From positions 529,199-593,198 of the forward strand of contig JACOXT010000003.1 of NCBI GenBank assembly GCA_016182235.1: 64,000 nt of DNA. The letters are read 5' to 3'. This document shows, piece by piece, positions 1 through 9,584 of the stretch. Position numbers and translations under genes: made by a program. Every line of letters starts with the position of its first letter. Positions within the stretch are counted from its first letter, which is position 1. Below the pieces are notes generated by a model. The model made no database searches. It saw nothing but the letters and a program-made list of their open reading frames with translations, and was not told the DNA's origin. Source of the DNA: Candidatus Levyibacteriota bacterium (GTDB lineage Bacteria > Patescibacteriota > Microgenomatia > Levybacterales > UBA12049).

Positions 1-314
1 TTCACGAAAGATGGAAAATCAAAGGCAAGGTTGGCCGCTTAAACAATGCTCTGCTACATTATCCCCACAAAACGTTAAGAGAATTTCTTCAAGAGATAAA
101 TTTTTATTCAACTCTTAGAGCTATTGAATTACATGATAGAGGAGATAAGGTAAGTTTTTCTTCTATAGTTCTTTTTCCATGTGGAAAATTCCTATTAAAT
201 TACTTCTTGAGAAGAGGGCTTCTTGATGGAGTACCCGGTCTAATCTTTGCAATAACGATGTCGCTTCATTCGTTCCTCGTAAGAGGAAAACTATGGATTT
301 TAATCAATAAATAA
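1..314 (+). CDS. Glycosyltransferase family 2, C-terminal part (5' truncated by window edge)
   Basis: Manual translation from nt 3: HERWKIKGKVGRLNNALLHYPHKTLREFLQEINFYSTLRA...FLLNYFLRRGLLDGVPGL, a typical GT2 (WaaE/KdtX-like) C-terminus; stop overlaps the next ATG (TAATG). Confidence 0.75.
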   Translation, partial: HERWKIKGKVGRLNNALLHYPHKTLREFLQEINFYSTLRAIELHDRGDKVSFSSIVLFPCGKFLLNYFLRRGLLDGVPGLIFAITMSLHSFLVRGKLWILINK

Positions 315-1852
315 TGAGTAAGTGGCTTATTATTCTTCTTATCTTCTCGTTCTCGCTTTCTTTAAGGCTTTGGACTATTAATCAGATGGGTAGGACTTGG
401 GATGAGTCGCAGTATATTGAACAAGGTTATAAAATGATCGAGCTTATAAAAAATGGAGATTTTAATAACAGTTTTTTCTATACTACTTATGACCATCCTC
501 CACTTGTAAAATACCTTTATGGTACTACGGCACATTTGGATGTAGAAAAGCGTTTGGCGAATGGAAATGCTATTTTTAAATACGATCTGACTTATTCAAG
601 ACTACTCTCGGCAGTTCTATTTAGTTTGGGTGTTGTGATAACTATCCTTATAGGATGGAAAATATCCTCAAAACTCGTAGGTTTCTTTTCAGGAGTAATT
701 CTTGCAATGCTGCCTTTTTCATTAGGACTTTCTCAGCTTGTGACAACAGAGAGCTTAAAAATATTCATTTATCCTCTGACTATTCTTGCCTATATCTTAC
801 TTGTCGAAAGGTTTTCTTGGAGGAGAGTTCTAGTTTCAGGAATATTAACGGGAATAGCTTTGCAATCTAAGCAGTCAAATTTCCTTCTCATACTAATGCT
901 TTGCGTTGCGTTTTTATTTCAATACAAGCAATTGAAAACAAAAGAAAAAATTATTTTCTTACAAACACGGATTAAAGCAATACTTTCTATTTTTTTGATA
1001 AGCATTATGGTTTTTGTACTGATTTGGCCGCAGCTTATATTTCATTTTAAAGATGTGTATATGATTCATGAAAAACTATGGAATGTTCAATTTTCATCCA
1101 AAATTTGGCAAATTACTCTTTCCCCGCCGGAAGTATTCTTTGGAAAACTAATGTTGACGCCTATTTTTTACTACGCGGTATATTTTTTTATTACAATTCC
1201 CGTAATTATTTTGTTTTTGTTTTTTGTGGGAGCAAAACAAATAATAAAAAAAAGAAACGTAAATCTAATTTTAGTTTTTATATGGTTTTTACTGCCGTTT
1301 TGTCTTTCCATTTATTCCTGGAGACAGCATGGATTACGATATATTATCGAAATTTATCCGCCGCTTTCTTTAATTTCAGCAGTCGGGTTTAATCTGTTGC
1401 TGACAAAATTTAAAATAAAAGAAAGATTAAAACCATTCTATTTTTTACCGATAGCTTTTTATCTATTTGTTTTGCTTTTGCAAATAAAACCTTATTATCT
1501 TGATTATTTTAATGAATTGGTAGGAGGGGTAAATAATGTCTATGGATACAAATCGTTCCAGATAGGATGGTGGGGACAGGGAATAAGAGAAGCCGCATTT
1601 TATGTTGGCTCTCGTGCGCCAAAAAACTCAACTCTCGGACTTGCGGTATCTCCTCTTCTTTCCGTACCTCCCTTGCCTAATTTGAAATCTGAAAAATATG
1701 ATCATCGAAAAATATATGATTATGTAATTGTTAATTATTACAATGTACTACGTGAAGGATTTGACGATTCTTTTATAAGAGAAAAATACAAACCGATATA
1801 TTTCGTAAAAGCAAACGAAGCCATTCTGGTAACGGTTTACAAGTTAAAATAA
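314..1852 (+). CDS. GT-C fold membrane glycosyltransferase (ArnT/PMT-like)
   Basis: 512 aa multi-TM protein; TWDE motif in first loop, DHPPL, RY motif. Confidence 0.8.
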   Translation: MSKWLIILLIFSFSLSLRLWTINQMGRTWDESQYIEQGYKMIELIKNGDFNNSFFYTTYDHPPLVKYLYGTTAHLDVEKRLANGNAIFKYDLTYSRLLSAVLFSLGVVITILIGWKISSKLVGFFSGVILAMLPFSLGLSQLVTTESLKIFIYPLTILAYILLVERFSWRRVLVSGILTGIALQSKQSNFLLILMLCVAFLFQYKQLKTKEKIIFLQTRIKAILSIFLISIMVFVLIWPQLIFHFKDVYMIHEKLWNVQFSSKIWQITLSPPEVFFGKLMLTPIFYYAVYFFITIPVIILFLFFVGAKQIIKKRNVNLILVFIWFLLPFCLSIYSWRQHGLRYIIEIYPPLSLISAVGFNLLLTKFKIKERLKPFYFLPIAFYLFVLLLQIKPYYLDYFNELVGGVNNVYGYKSFQIGWWGQGIREAAFYVGSRAPKNSTLGLAVSPLLSVPPLPNLKSEKYDHRKIYDYVIVNYYNVLREGFDDSFIREKYKPIYFVKANEAILVTVYKLK

Positions 1853-1853
1853 T

Positions 1854-3701
1854 ATGTTTTTTGATCAATATATTACAGTTTTTAGTAATATTTTTAAAAA
1901 TTTTTCAAATCTCAGATCCGATTTTGTAGAATTTAATCTTAATATAAGCATTTTTTATTTTTTAAGCAGTCTTTTTTTCGCAATATTTCTAATGGTCGTT
2001 TATTATCTAGTTGGACGAAAGATAAAATTAATATTTTTTAGAAATAATGAACACCCAACCCTTAATTTATTTATAAGTATTGCCTTAGGATACATTTTTG
2101 TAAACTCAGGATTAGCGATTTTAGGTAATTTTTCCTTGTTTTATCCATTAATTATATGGTTATATATTGGCGTAATCCTAGTTTTTGCGTTTTATCCGTT
2201 TTATGATTTAGAAAATGTTAGGGAATCCATATTCCGTTTTTCTCATTTAATAAAAATTCTTGCCAATAAGAAAATGTGGATTTTTCTTGGCACATTCTTA
2301 TTTGTTGCCATTGCTTTTCTTCGTCTAATTCCTCCGGAAATTGGAGAAGACGCAATTGGTTACCACACAAGTAATCCGCACCTATTTTTAAAAAATCATA
2401 CCATGATGCTAACGCCAACATCTTCGTCTGTCGCTCTACTTACTCCTCAGCTCGGAGAGATGTCTTATGTGCTGTCTGAATTCATCGGAATTATAGACTC
2501 AGCGCGATATATTCATTTTGCTTTTTATTTTCTTGTTGTTTTCCTTCTGATGCTTATGTATCCGTATGCGGCGATTTTTTTTGTAACTGCGCCCGTTGTT
2601 ATCCAAGTATCGTCAAAGGCAAATGTTGACTTTCAATGGATTTTCTGCTGGTTACTTTTGATATTTCTCATCACGCGAAATAGATTGAGGAGAACAAAAA
2701 ATGTAATTTTAATGGGAATACTATTCGGGGGAGTTTTGGCGTCGAAGATTTGGACGATTGCATTTTTTCCTCTATTTGTTTTATATCTGCTTATTTCTTA
2801 TAGAAAACTTTCTTCTCTTCATAAGCTTAGTATTATAATTACATTTTCGCTAAGCGCTCTTTTAGTCGACTCTGTTTGGCTTTTGCGATCCTATATCGTA
2901 ATCGGAAATCCAGTGTTCCCCGCATTTTCAACTATTGAGACTCTGGAGGGTATAAGCGGGGAATTAAGCATGAATAACATTATTGGTTTTAATAGCTTGA
3001 TGTTTCACATCAAAAATATCAGCGTTTTCAGTCCTTTGTTTTTTTTAGCAATTTTAGCTTTTATTTTCACTCGAAAAGAGTCACTAAAATTCTTAAGTAA
3101 GCGTAACTTGTCATTATTGTTCGGTCTTCTGATATTAGAATATCTTTTTATAAGGTATCATTTCGGAAGATATTTGTTAGGTTTATATTCTCTTGCAATA
3201 TTATTTTTTTCAGAAAGCGTAAAATTGGCAATTAGTAAGTTTAATTTATATAAGATTATTTTTATTTCTATTTTTATTGTTATGTTTGCTTATTATTCTA
3301 TAAATACACTGCTTATACTTCCTTATGGATTTGGTTGGGCAGATAAGAATAAGTACCTTACCAGAATATTATCGCGTGATAATTCCAGTTATTATAATTT
3401 TGACAAAAGATTTGATAAGTGGATTTCAAAAAAGGATAAAGTCGCCACATATGAAACCTTTGGGTTTTACTACGCAAATTTTGATTATATAGATATAAAT
3501 TATATCTTCGATAAAGATAATAGATCGTTTGAGCAACTGAGGCGGCGTGGTATAACAAAAATATTTATAAAAGGAGGTAAAATGGAATGGTTCTGTGAAA
3601 AATTACGGGTCACAGACTGTCACGACTCTAATTATCAATTGCTTGCGCAATATTCACCTGATCCAAAATACTTATACTTAGTGAAAAATATTAAAAAATA
3701 A
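1854..3701 (+). CDS. Multi-TM membrane protein, probable GT-C glycosyltransferase
   Basis: 615 aa, very hydrophobic; EDAIGYH and GNPVFP motifs resemble those in 5748..7322. Confidence 0.6.
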   Translation: MFFDQYITVFSNIFKNFSNLRSDFVEFNLNISIFYFLSSLFFAIFLMVVYYLVGRKIKLIFFRNNEHPTLNLFISIALGYIFVNSGLAILGNFSLFYPLIIWLYIGVILVFAFYPFYDLENVRESIFRFSHLIKILANKKMWIFLGTFLFVAIAFLRLIPPEIGEDAIGYHTSNPHLFLKNHTMMLTPTSSSVALLTPQLGEMSYVLSEFIGIIDSARYIHFAFYFLVVFLLMLMYPYAAIFFVTAPVVIQVSSKANVDFQWIFCWLLLIFLITRNRLRRTKNVILMGILFGGVLASKIWTIAFFPLFVLYLLISYRKLSSLHKLSIIITFSLSALLVDSVWLLRSYIVIGNPVFPAFSTIETLEGISGELSMNNIIGFNSLMFHIKNISVFSPLFFLAILAFIFTRKESLKFLSKRNLSLLFGLLILEYLFIRYHFGRYLLGLYSLAILFFSESVKLAISKFNLYKIIFISIFIVMFAYYSINTLLILPYGFGWADKNKYLTRILSRDNSSYYNFDKRFDKWISKKDKVATYETFGFYYANFDYIDINYIFDKDNRSFEQLRRRGITKIFIKGGKMEWFCEKLRVTDCHDSNYQLLAQYSPDPKYLYLVKNIKK

Positions 3702-3729
3702 TATAGAATATGTAGTTATTATCTAGAAA

Positions 3730-4959
3730 ATGACAAAATTAAAGCCAATAAAATTATGCCGATCATGTTCCTCTAAAAATCTTACCAATATATTATCTTT
3801 AGGCAATCAATATTTATCCGACTTTGTTGTTTCAAATAAAAGTTTAGAAAAATATCCTTTGGTTTTAGTTTTATGTATAAATTGCAACCTTTTACAGCTG
3901 AAGCATACTACTCCTCAATCTTTTCTATATACAGAAAGGTATGGATACAAATCTGGCATCAATAAGACAATGCAGAGAGAATTGAAAGAAATTGCAGAAC
4001 AATCTCAAGAGAATTTGAGAGATAATACTATCCAGAAAATTGTAGCTGTTGATATTGGAGCAAACGACGGAACATTACTAAGTAATTACAAAAAAAACGC
4101 GTTTAGAATAGGAGTTGAACCTATTAAGAAATTTGCAAAGGATTGCAGAAAACATGCGGATATTGTTATAAATGATTTTTTTAACTTTCAATCGTATTTC
4201 AAAAAACTAAAAGGTAAAAAAGCGAATATAATTACCGCCATTTCCTGCTTTTATGATATTGATGACCCGAATAAATTTATATCTGATGTTAAAAAAATTC
4301 TCCAGGAGAACGGAATATTTGTCATACAACAAAATTATTTGGTTTCGATGCTAAAGTATAATGCATATGATAATGTAGTTCACGAGCATTTAGAATATTA
4401 TTCTCTTTTATCGTTGGAGAATTTACTTAAGAAGCATAATCTAGAGGTGTTTGATGTTAAGCTTAGTAAAGTAAATGGGGGGAGTTTTAGAACATTTATT
4501 TCCAACAAAAATAAAAAGACTATAAAAAAAAGTGTCTTTAAGTTACGTAAGTATGAGAAAAAATTAAAGTTAAATGAAAAGAAAATTTATAATGATTTTT
4601 CAGAAAGAGTTAGGGAAACGCGAGATGCATTACGTGGTCTTCTCTCAAGACTTAAAAAGAATGGGAAAAGTATTTTTATCTACGGGGCTTCTACTCGTGG
4701 AAATACACTTCTTCAGTTCTGCGACTTAAACCACCAATTAATCAAGGCGGCTGTGGAAAGAAATTCGGAAAAATGGGGTAAAAAAATTGCATCAGTTGGA
4801 ATTCCAATCATATCTGAAGAACAGGCAAGAGCAGAAAAGCCAGATTATATGTTAGTTTTACCGTGGTTTTTTAAAGAAGAATTTTTACGAAGAGAGAAAG
4901 ATTATCTAAGCTCCGGAGGGCACTTTATTTTTCCATTACCAAAGATCGAGATAATCTGA
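3730..4959 (+). CDS. NDP-sugar C-methyltransferase (SAM-dependent, N-terminal Zn-binding)
   Basis: CRSC...CINC Zn motif, DIGANDG SAM motif, HEHLEYYS, YGASTRGNT, LPW motifs. Confidence 0.85.
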   Translation: MTKLKPIKLCRSCSSKNLTNILSLGNQYLSDFVVSNKSLEKYPLVLVLCINCNLLQLKHTTPQSFLYTERYGYKSGINKTMQRELKEIAEQSQENLRDNTIQKIVAVDIGANDGTLLSNYKKNAFRIGVEPIKKFAKDCRKHADIVINDFFNFQSYFKKLKGKKANIITAISCFYDIDDPNKFISDVKKILQENGIFVIQQNYLVSMLKYNAYDNVVHEHLEYYSLLSLENLLKKHNLEVFDVKLSKVNGGSFRTFISNKNKKTIKKSVFKLRKYEKKLKLNEKKIYNDFSERVRETRDALRGLLSRLKKNGKSIFIYGASTRGNTLLQFCDLNHQLIKAAVERNSEKWGKKIASVGIPIISEEQARAEKPDYMLVLPWFFKEEFLRREKDYLSSGGHFIFPLPKIEII

Positions 4960-5668
4960 GCCTTAAAACGGCAAAAAATGCTTCTTTTATTTCTTTCCAG
5001 TTAAGATTAGATTTATTTAAATCAACAGGGACAAAATCAATAGGAATCTCACCAAACCTAAAACCTTTTTTATAAATTTGATTTGCTATTTCAGTAAGAA
5101 CAATAAAACCTTTTGATCGAATTTTGTTAAAGTCAATAGCCTTAATTACTCGTCTCCTGTAACACCTAAAGCCATTGGTATTATCTGATAATGGAACACC
5201 TAAAATAAATTTTATCCATAAATTAGCAAGTTTACTTGCTATTCTTCTTTTAAGTTTCCATCTAAGTATCTGAGACTTTAATAAATATCTAGACGTTACT
5301 ACTGCGTCGAACTCTTTTGCTTTTTCAAGGAGTCTTGGTAAATCAGTTGGGCTATGGGCAAGATCTGCATCCATTTCAATAAAGAATTCTGAGTTTTTAT
5401 TTTTAAGTCCTTCTTTAAATCCCTCAATTACCGCTGATCCTCTTCCTCCTTTATTTCCTCTAGTAATAAGCTTTACCTTGCTTTCTTTTAAGAAATACTT
5501 CTTAACGATGCTTGCTGTCCCATCTGGCGAATTATCATCAACAACTATTATTTTTGCAATTCGTGCATTCCGTAACACTCCATAAATAACCTTCTTTAGT
5601 GTGGATTTAGAATTGTAGGATGGAATTACTACGCAAACATCACCACCCTTTTTATTTAACATAAACAC
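4925..5668 (-). CDS. Polyprenol-phosphate mannose synthase-like GT2 (DPM1-like)
   Basis: VVIPSYN, VVDDNSPDGT, EMDADLAHSP, GFRCYRR. Confidence 0.85.
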   Translation of the reverse strand: MFMLNKKGGDVCVVIPSYNSKSTLKKVIYGVLRNARIAKIIVVDDNSPDGTASIVKKYFLKESKVKLITRGNKGGRGSAVIEGFKEGLKNKNSEFFIEMDADLAHSPTDLPRLLEKAKEFDAVVTSRYLLKSQILRWKLKRRIASKLANLWIKFILGVPLSDNTNGFRCYRRRVIKAIDFNKIRSKGFIVLTEIANQIYKKGFRFGEIPIDFVPVDLNKSNLNWKEIKEAFFAVLRLRLSRSLVMEK

Positions 5669-5747
5669 GCAAAAATATTATATACTTCGAGTATACTTTA
5701 TTGTCAGGGAGTGCGCTACTATCACGTATTGGCTTAATTGGCAAGCT

Positions 5748-7322
5748 ATGTTTACTATTGCTATTTTAATAGGGATCTATTCTTATATTATTTTTGCCCT
5801 TGGGTTGACAGGCTTGATTTACAGGCAAAATATTCTCATTGTTACTTTTATTCTTCTTTTTTCTGCTTTATATTTTTATAAATCAACTCCACGAGTATTA
5901 TTTAGGAGATTCTTGAATGTAATTTCAGAAAAAGATCGGCTGTTTTTAACTTTTTTGGGATTGATTATAATTCAAATATTAGTTAATTTTGTAGGGGTTT
6001 TGGGGCCTGAATTAAGTTTTGACTCATTGTGGTATCATCTCACTTTACCTAAATTGTATTTAGAAAATCATTCAATTTATTATATTCCAGGTGGATTGCT
6101 ATATTACTCTACAATGCCCAAACTTACAGAAATGTTGTATTTGGGCGCATTTGCTTTTGGAAGTGAAATATTTGCAAAATTCATTCATTTTTCTTTCGGA
6201 ATTTTGACATTAATAGCTTTGTACAAGCTCTCGCGAAAGTTTTTCATTTCCAAATTCGCACTATTAGCTTGCGTTATTTTTTACTCAAATCTCGTCGTGG
6301 GTTGGATGTCTATTGCAGCATATGTTGATTTAGCGCGAACTTTTTTTGAAATTATGGCATTATGGGGAATTATAAATTGGTGGGAGGAGGGAGAAAAAAA
6401 ATGGTTGATTGAGTCAGGGGTTATGCTTGGTTTGGCAATTTCCACAAAACTTTTAGCTATAGAGTCTCTTATTATTTTTTCCATTTTAATTTTATTTTAT
6501 TTTTTAAAGCATAAGAGAAAACTGATTGATTTACTTATTAGCTTAATTATTTTCTGGTCCATCTGTTTATTAATTCCTCTTCCATGGTTTGTTTTTTCAT
6601 TTATTCATACTGGAAATCCCATATATCCGTTCTTGAGCAGCATTTATCCTGTGACGTTTAATTTAGAGTTAATAAACCCTTTAACCCTTTCGGATCCAAT
6701 CTTTCCTCTATACATAGTATTAATACCTATCGGTTTATTACTTTTAGGCAAGCAAAAATTAAGATTTAAAATAATATCTTTTTATGCGATCTTGGCGATT
6801 TTTACATGGCAATTAACACCAAATACTGGCGGAGGCAGGTTTATTTTGTCATATTTGCCTGCGTTTTCTATTTTATCCGCATTTGTAATTCAGTATGCCT
6901 GGAAATTAAAAATTAAGATTGTGATTGTTGGACTTGTTGTCTTTTTTTTATTATTTTCAATCATTTATCGTTTGGGAGCAAATTTAAAATATATCCCAGT
7001 AATAATAGGTACTGAGTCGAAACAAGAATTTCTTTCAGAGAATTTAAATTTTAAATTTGGAGATTTTTATGATACGGATGGTTTTTTTAAGAAAAATATT
7101 AAATCTACAGACAAAGTATTGCTGTATGGATTTCATAATCTTTACTATGTGAATTTTCCTTTTATTGATTCGACGTTTGCGAAAAAAGGAGACAGATTTA
7201 ATTATATTGCAGTACAAAATTCAAATATTCCAAAAAGATTTAAAAACTGGAGTTTGATCTATTACAATTCCAGAACTGGTGTTAAAGTGTACTCTTTGGG
7301 AGGCTTAAAATGGACATACTAA
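5748..7322 (+). CDS. GT-C fold membrane glycosyltransferase
   Basis: 524 aa multi-TM protein; FDSLWYHL, TGNPIYP, GGGRF motifs. Confidence 0.7.
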   Translation: MFTIAILIGIYSYIIFALGLTGLIYRQNILIVTFILLFSALYFYKSTPRVLFRRFLNVISEKDRLFLTFLGLIIIQILVNFVGVLGPELSFDSLWYHLTLPKLYLENHSIYYIPGGLLYYSTMPKLTEMLYLGAFAFGSEIFAKFIHFSFGILTLIALYKLSRKFFISKFALLACVIFYSNLVVGWMSIAAYVDLARTFFEIMALWGIINWWEEGEKKWLIESGVMLGLAISTKLLAIESLIIFSILILFYFLKHKRKLIDLLISLIIFWSICLLIPLPWFVFSFIHTGNPIYPFLSSIYPVTFNLELINPLTLSDPIFPLYIVLIPIGLLLLGKQKLRFKIISFYAILAIFTWQLTPNTGGGRFILSYLPAFSILSAFVIQYAWKLKIKIVIVGLVVFFLLFSIIYRLGANLKYIPVIIGTESKQEFLSENLNFKFGDFYDTDGFFKKNIKSTDKVLLYGFHNLYYVNFPFIDSTFAKKGDRFNYIAVQNSNIPKRFKNWSLIYYNSRTGVKVYSLGGLKWTY

Positions 7323-8554
7323 AAATTATATTTGCTTTTATCATTGCATTGAGTTGGATATTTAGTCAGGTAATTCGAGTCCAGTTGGGCAATGGTCTGT
7401 CTTTAAACATTCTTGATATTCTGGTAGGATGTGTTGTAGCGACTAGAATTGCCTCACTTATCGCAAAAAAAAAGTTAAACTTATATTTTAAAGATAATAT
7501 TGGAAAAGGGATACTTCTTTTTAGCGGTGTAGCGATATTATCTCTTGTCTGGAATTCTCCTTCGTTAACATTTCAGCAATTTATAATTTCTGGTCTATAC
7601 ATAATTAGATGGAGTTCTTATGCCTTTTTATTTATTCTTATGAGAGAATTTAATCATATAGACAAAAAGCAAATAAAACAGCTAATGTTTGTTACCGGCA
7701 TATTTTTTCTGGTAATAGGATATATGCAGTTTATGTATTACGGTGATTTACAAAACCTATTTTATTTAGGATGGGACGAACATATGTATCGCCTTTTTTC
7801 GGTGCTTCTTGATCCTAATTTTTCTGGCATATTTATTATCCTATTTCTCTTATTTATCGTTGGGAAGAGATTAGAGATGCCAGTATATCCTCTAACAAAA
7901 GAAAAGTTACTTTTATCAGTACTTATTGCATGTACTGCTGGCGCATTAATATTAACTTTCTCTCGAGGTGCTTTCATTTCGTTAGTCTTCGCATTTACTG
8001 TATTCTTTTTCTTAATAGGTAAAAAACGATGGATATTTATAATAATTGGAATCATGCTTCTTATTGGTATTGTTTTATCCCAAAGGTTTTATATAGAGAG
8101 CATCAATCCATTCCGTACATTTTCATCATACGCTCGGTTAATGTCTATGAGAGAAGCGGGTGAGATGTTTTTCCATCAGCCGGTGTTAGGCGTTGGATTT
8201 AATACATATCGTTATGCCCAACTTCGATATGGCTTCAGAGATCAAGTAAATATTGAAACAAGTCATGCCGACGCCGGAACAGATAATAGTTTCCTTTTTG
8301 TTCTTGCGACAACTGGAATTATTGGTTTTGCCGTATATGTAGCTTTAATTATTACTATTCTAAGTGATATTTATAAAAAGTTTAGGGAGGAGAGACAGAT
8401 ATATGATGCATTAGTTTTATCATCAGTAACGGGGTTATGCATTGCGAGCCTATTTACAAATGCGCTATTTTTCCCACCTCTTATGCTCTGGATGTGGATT
8501 ATTTTAGGTACTATAGATTATAAGAAAAGAGATTTTTCAGTTCGTTCAGGATGA
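7310..8554 (+). CDS. O-antigen ligase family protein
   Basis: RLFSVLLDPN, LTFSRGA, GVGFNTY, DNSFLFVLATTGIIG. Confidence 0.8.
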   Translation: MDILKIIFAFIIALSWIFSQVIRVQLGNGLSLNILDILVGCVVATRIASLIAKKKLNLYFKDNIGKGILLFSGVAILSLVWNSPSLTFQQFIISGLYIIRWSSYAFLFILMREFNHIDKKQIKQLMFVTGIFFLVIGYMQFMYYGDLQNLFYLGWDEHMYRLFSVLLDPNFSGIFIILFLLFIVGKRLEMPVYPLTKEKLLLSVLIACTAGALILTFSRGAFISLVFAFTVFFFLIGKKRWIFIIIGIMLLIGIVLSQRFYIESINPFRTFSSYARLMSMREAGEMFFHQPVLGVGFNTYRYAQLRYGFRDQVNIETSHADAGTDNSFLFVLATTGIIGFAVYVALIITILSDIYKKFREERQIYDALVLSSVTGLCIASLFTNALFFPPLMLWMWIILGTIDYKKRDFSVRSG

Positions 8555-8568
8555 CATTTGTTTATAGA

Positions 8569-9276
8569 TTAAGGATTGTATATCACTCTTAGTTCTTTCT
8601 CTGTTTTATTGCCGGCTTCATCAATAGCTACAATTTTAATGTTATTTTCTCCATTTTGAAGAGATAGCCTATATGAAAAATTACCATTCCCGTCAGTTAT
8701 AGCCCAAAAACCGTTTACTGTTACTTTTATATTTGGGTCTGTTGTTCCCTGGATATCTATAATGTTTTGGTCTTTTGAAAATGATTGTCCATCGAGAGGA
8801 GAGACAAGGTTCAAATAGGGAGATTTATTTTTCATGGTTACTAGTATGGATTTAGAAAAATCGCTCTTTTTATCGTTTATAATAGCTTTTGCTTTTATAA
8901 TGTTTTCTCCCTCAGAAATGATTTCTCTAAAAGAGAAAGTTCCATCTTCTTTAACTTGTGTTTTGTCTACAAGGTCACTATTGACGTAAAGCTCTATAAT
9001 TTGCATTGGGGCAGCAAAACCCGAAAGGATTATCTCAGCGCTACTCGTTGCTGAGGGAATAGGATTCAAAACAGGAACCGGAACAAAGGCCGTTATGTTA
9101 TTCTTAGCTTCCTCTTGACTGCCTCTAGAACCCGATAGGAAAAGACTAAAATTAATTAGCAATGGAATTCCAAACTTAATTAGAATAAGAAGCACCACAA
9201 TAATCCCAAAAATGCTAAGAAATAAATTTTTCTTTGACTGTTGTTCAAGTTTTCTTGACAATCGAGATCTATTCAT
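8569..9276 (-). CDS. Membrane-anchored protein with two Ig-like beta domains
   Basis: N-terminal TM then GENIIKA / GNFSYRLSLQNGENNIKIVAIDEAGN Ig-like repeats. Start placed at MNRSRL (9276) because the ORF-track ATG at 9324 abuts the tRNA 3' end. Confidence 0.65.
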   Translation of the reverse strand: MNRSRLSRKLEQQSKKNLFLSIFGIIVVLLILIKFGIPLLINFSLFLSGSRGSQEEAKNNITAFVPVPVLNPIPSATSSAEIILSGFAAPMQIIELYVNSDLVDKTQVKEDGTFSFREIISEGENIIKAKAIINDKKSDFSKSILVTMKNKSPYLNLVSPLDGQSFSKDQNIIDIQGTTDPNIKVTVNGFWAITDGNGNFSYRLSLQNGENNIKIVAIDEAGNKTEKELRVIYNP

Positions 9277-9325
9277 AGATGAATCTTGTATAATTGGTTG
9301 ATTTTGTATTTCCTCTTCGACCATG

Positions 9326-9544
9326 AGCCAACGGTGGGAATCGAACCCACGACCTAGTGTTTACCCGCCTGCCTAAGCTGAGCCCTCCCGGAGAATCGAA
9401 CTCCGATCAACGGTTTACGATACCGCTGCTCTGCCACTGAGCTAGGAAGGCTATATTCTGCGGGCAGGCGAAACACTTGCTCACCCACGCTTGTCAAGCA
9501 AGCGAACTCGGCCTTCGGCCTCCGTTCCACTGAGCTACGTTGGC
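9326..9544 (-). tRNA. tRNA-Thr (GGT most likely), interrupted by a ~42-nt D-loop insert and a 105-nt anticodon-loop insert
   Basis: Acceptor GCCAACG/CGTTGGC, D-stem GCTC/GAGC, anticodon stem AGTGT/ACACT, T-arm GTGGG-TTCGATT-CCCAC. Removing 9483-9524 and 9366-9470 gives a canonical 72-nt cloverleaf with loop TT-GGT-AA. Confidence 0.85.
9381..9451 (-). tRNA. tRNA-Thr(CGT), nested inside the anticodon-loop insert of the outer tRNA-Thr
   Basis: GCCTTCC TA GCTC AGTGGCA GAGC A GCGGT AT CGT AA ACCGT TGAT CGGAG TTCGATT CTCCG GGAGGGC T; complete 71-nt cloverleaf, no encoded CCA. Confidence 0.9.
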
Positions 9545-9555
9545 ATTCAGAGAAT

Positions 9556-9584
9556 ATTGTATGAAATTTGGATCTAAAGAGCAA
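9556..9584 (-). promoter_or_regulatory. Putative sigma70 promoter for the nested tRNA-Thr locus
   Basis: TTGCTC-17 nt-TACAAT ending 11 nt upstream of G1 of the outer tRNA. Confidence 0.5.

Noticed and set aside
9360..9477. Archaeal bulge-helix-bulge motif or group I intron as the explanation of the anticodon insert
   Set aside because: Only one 3-nt bulge (GGT) is present and the helix continues for 8 bp without a second bulge at 4 bp. Only 34 nt lie outside the inner tRNA, too little for a ribozyme core.
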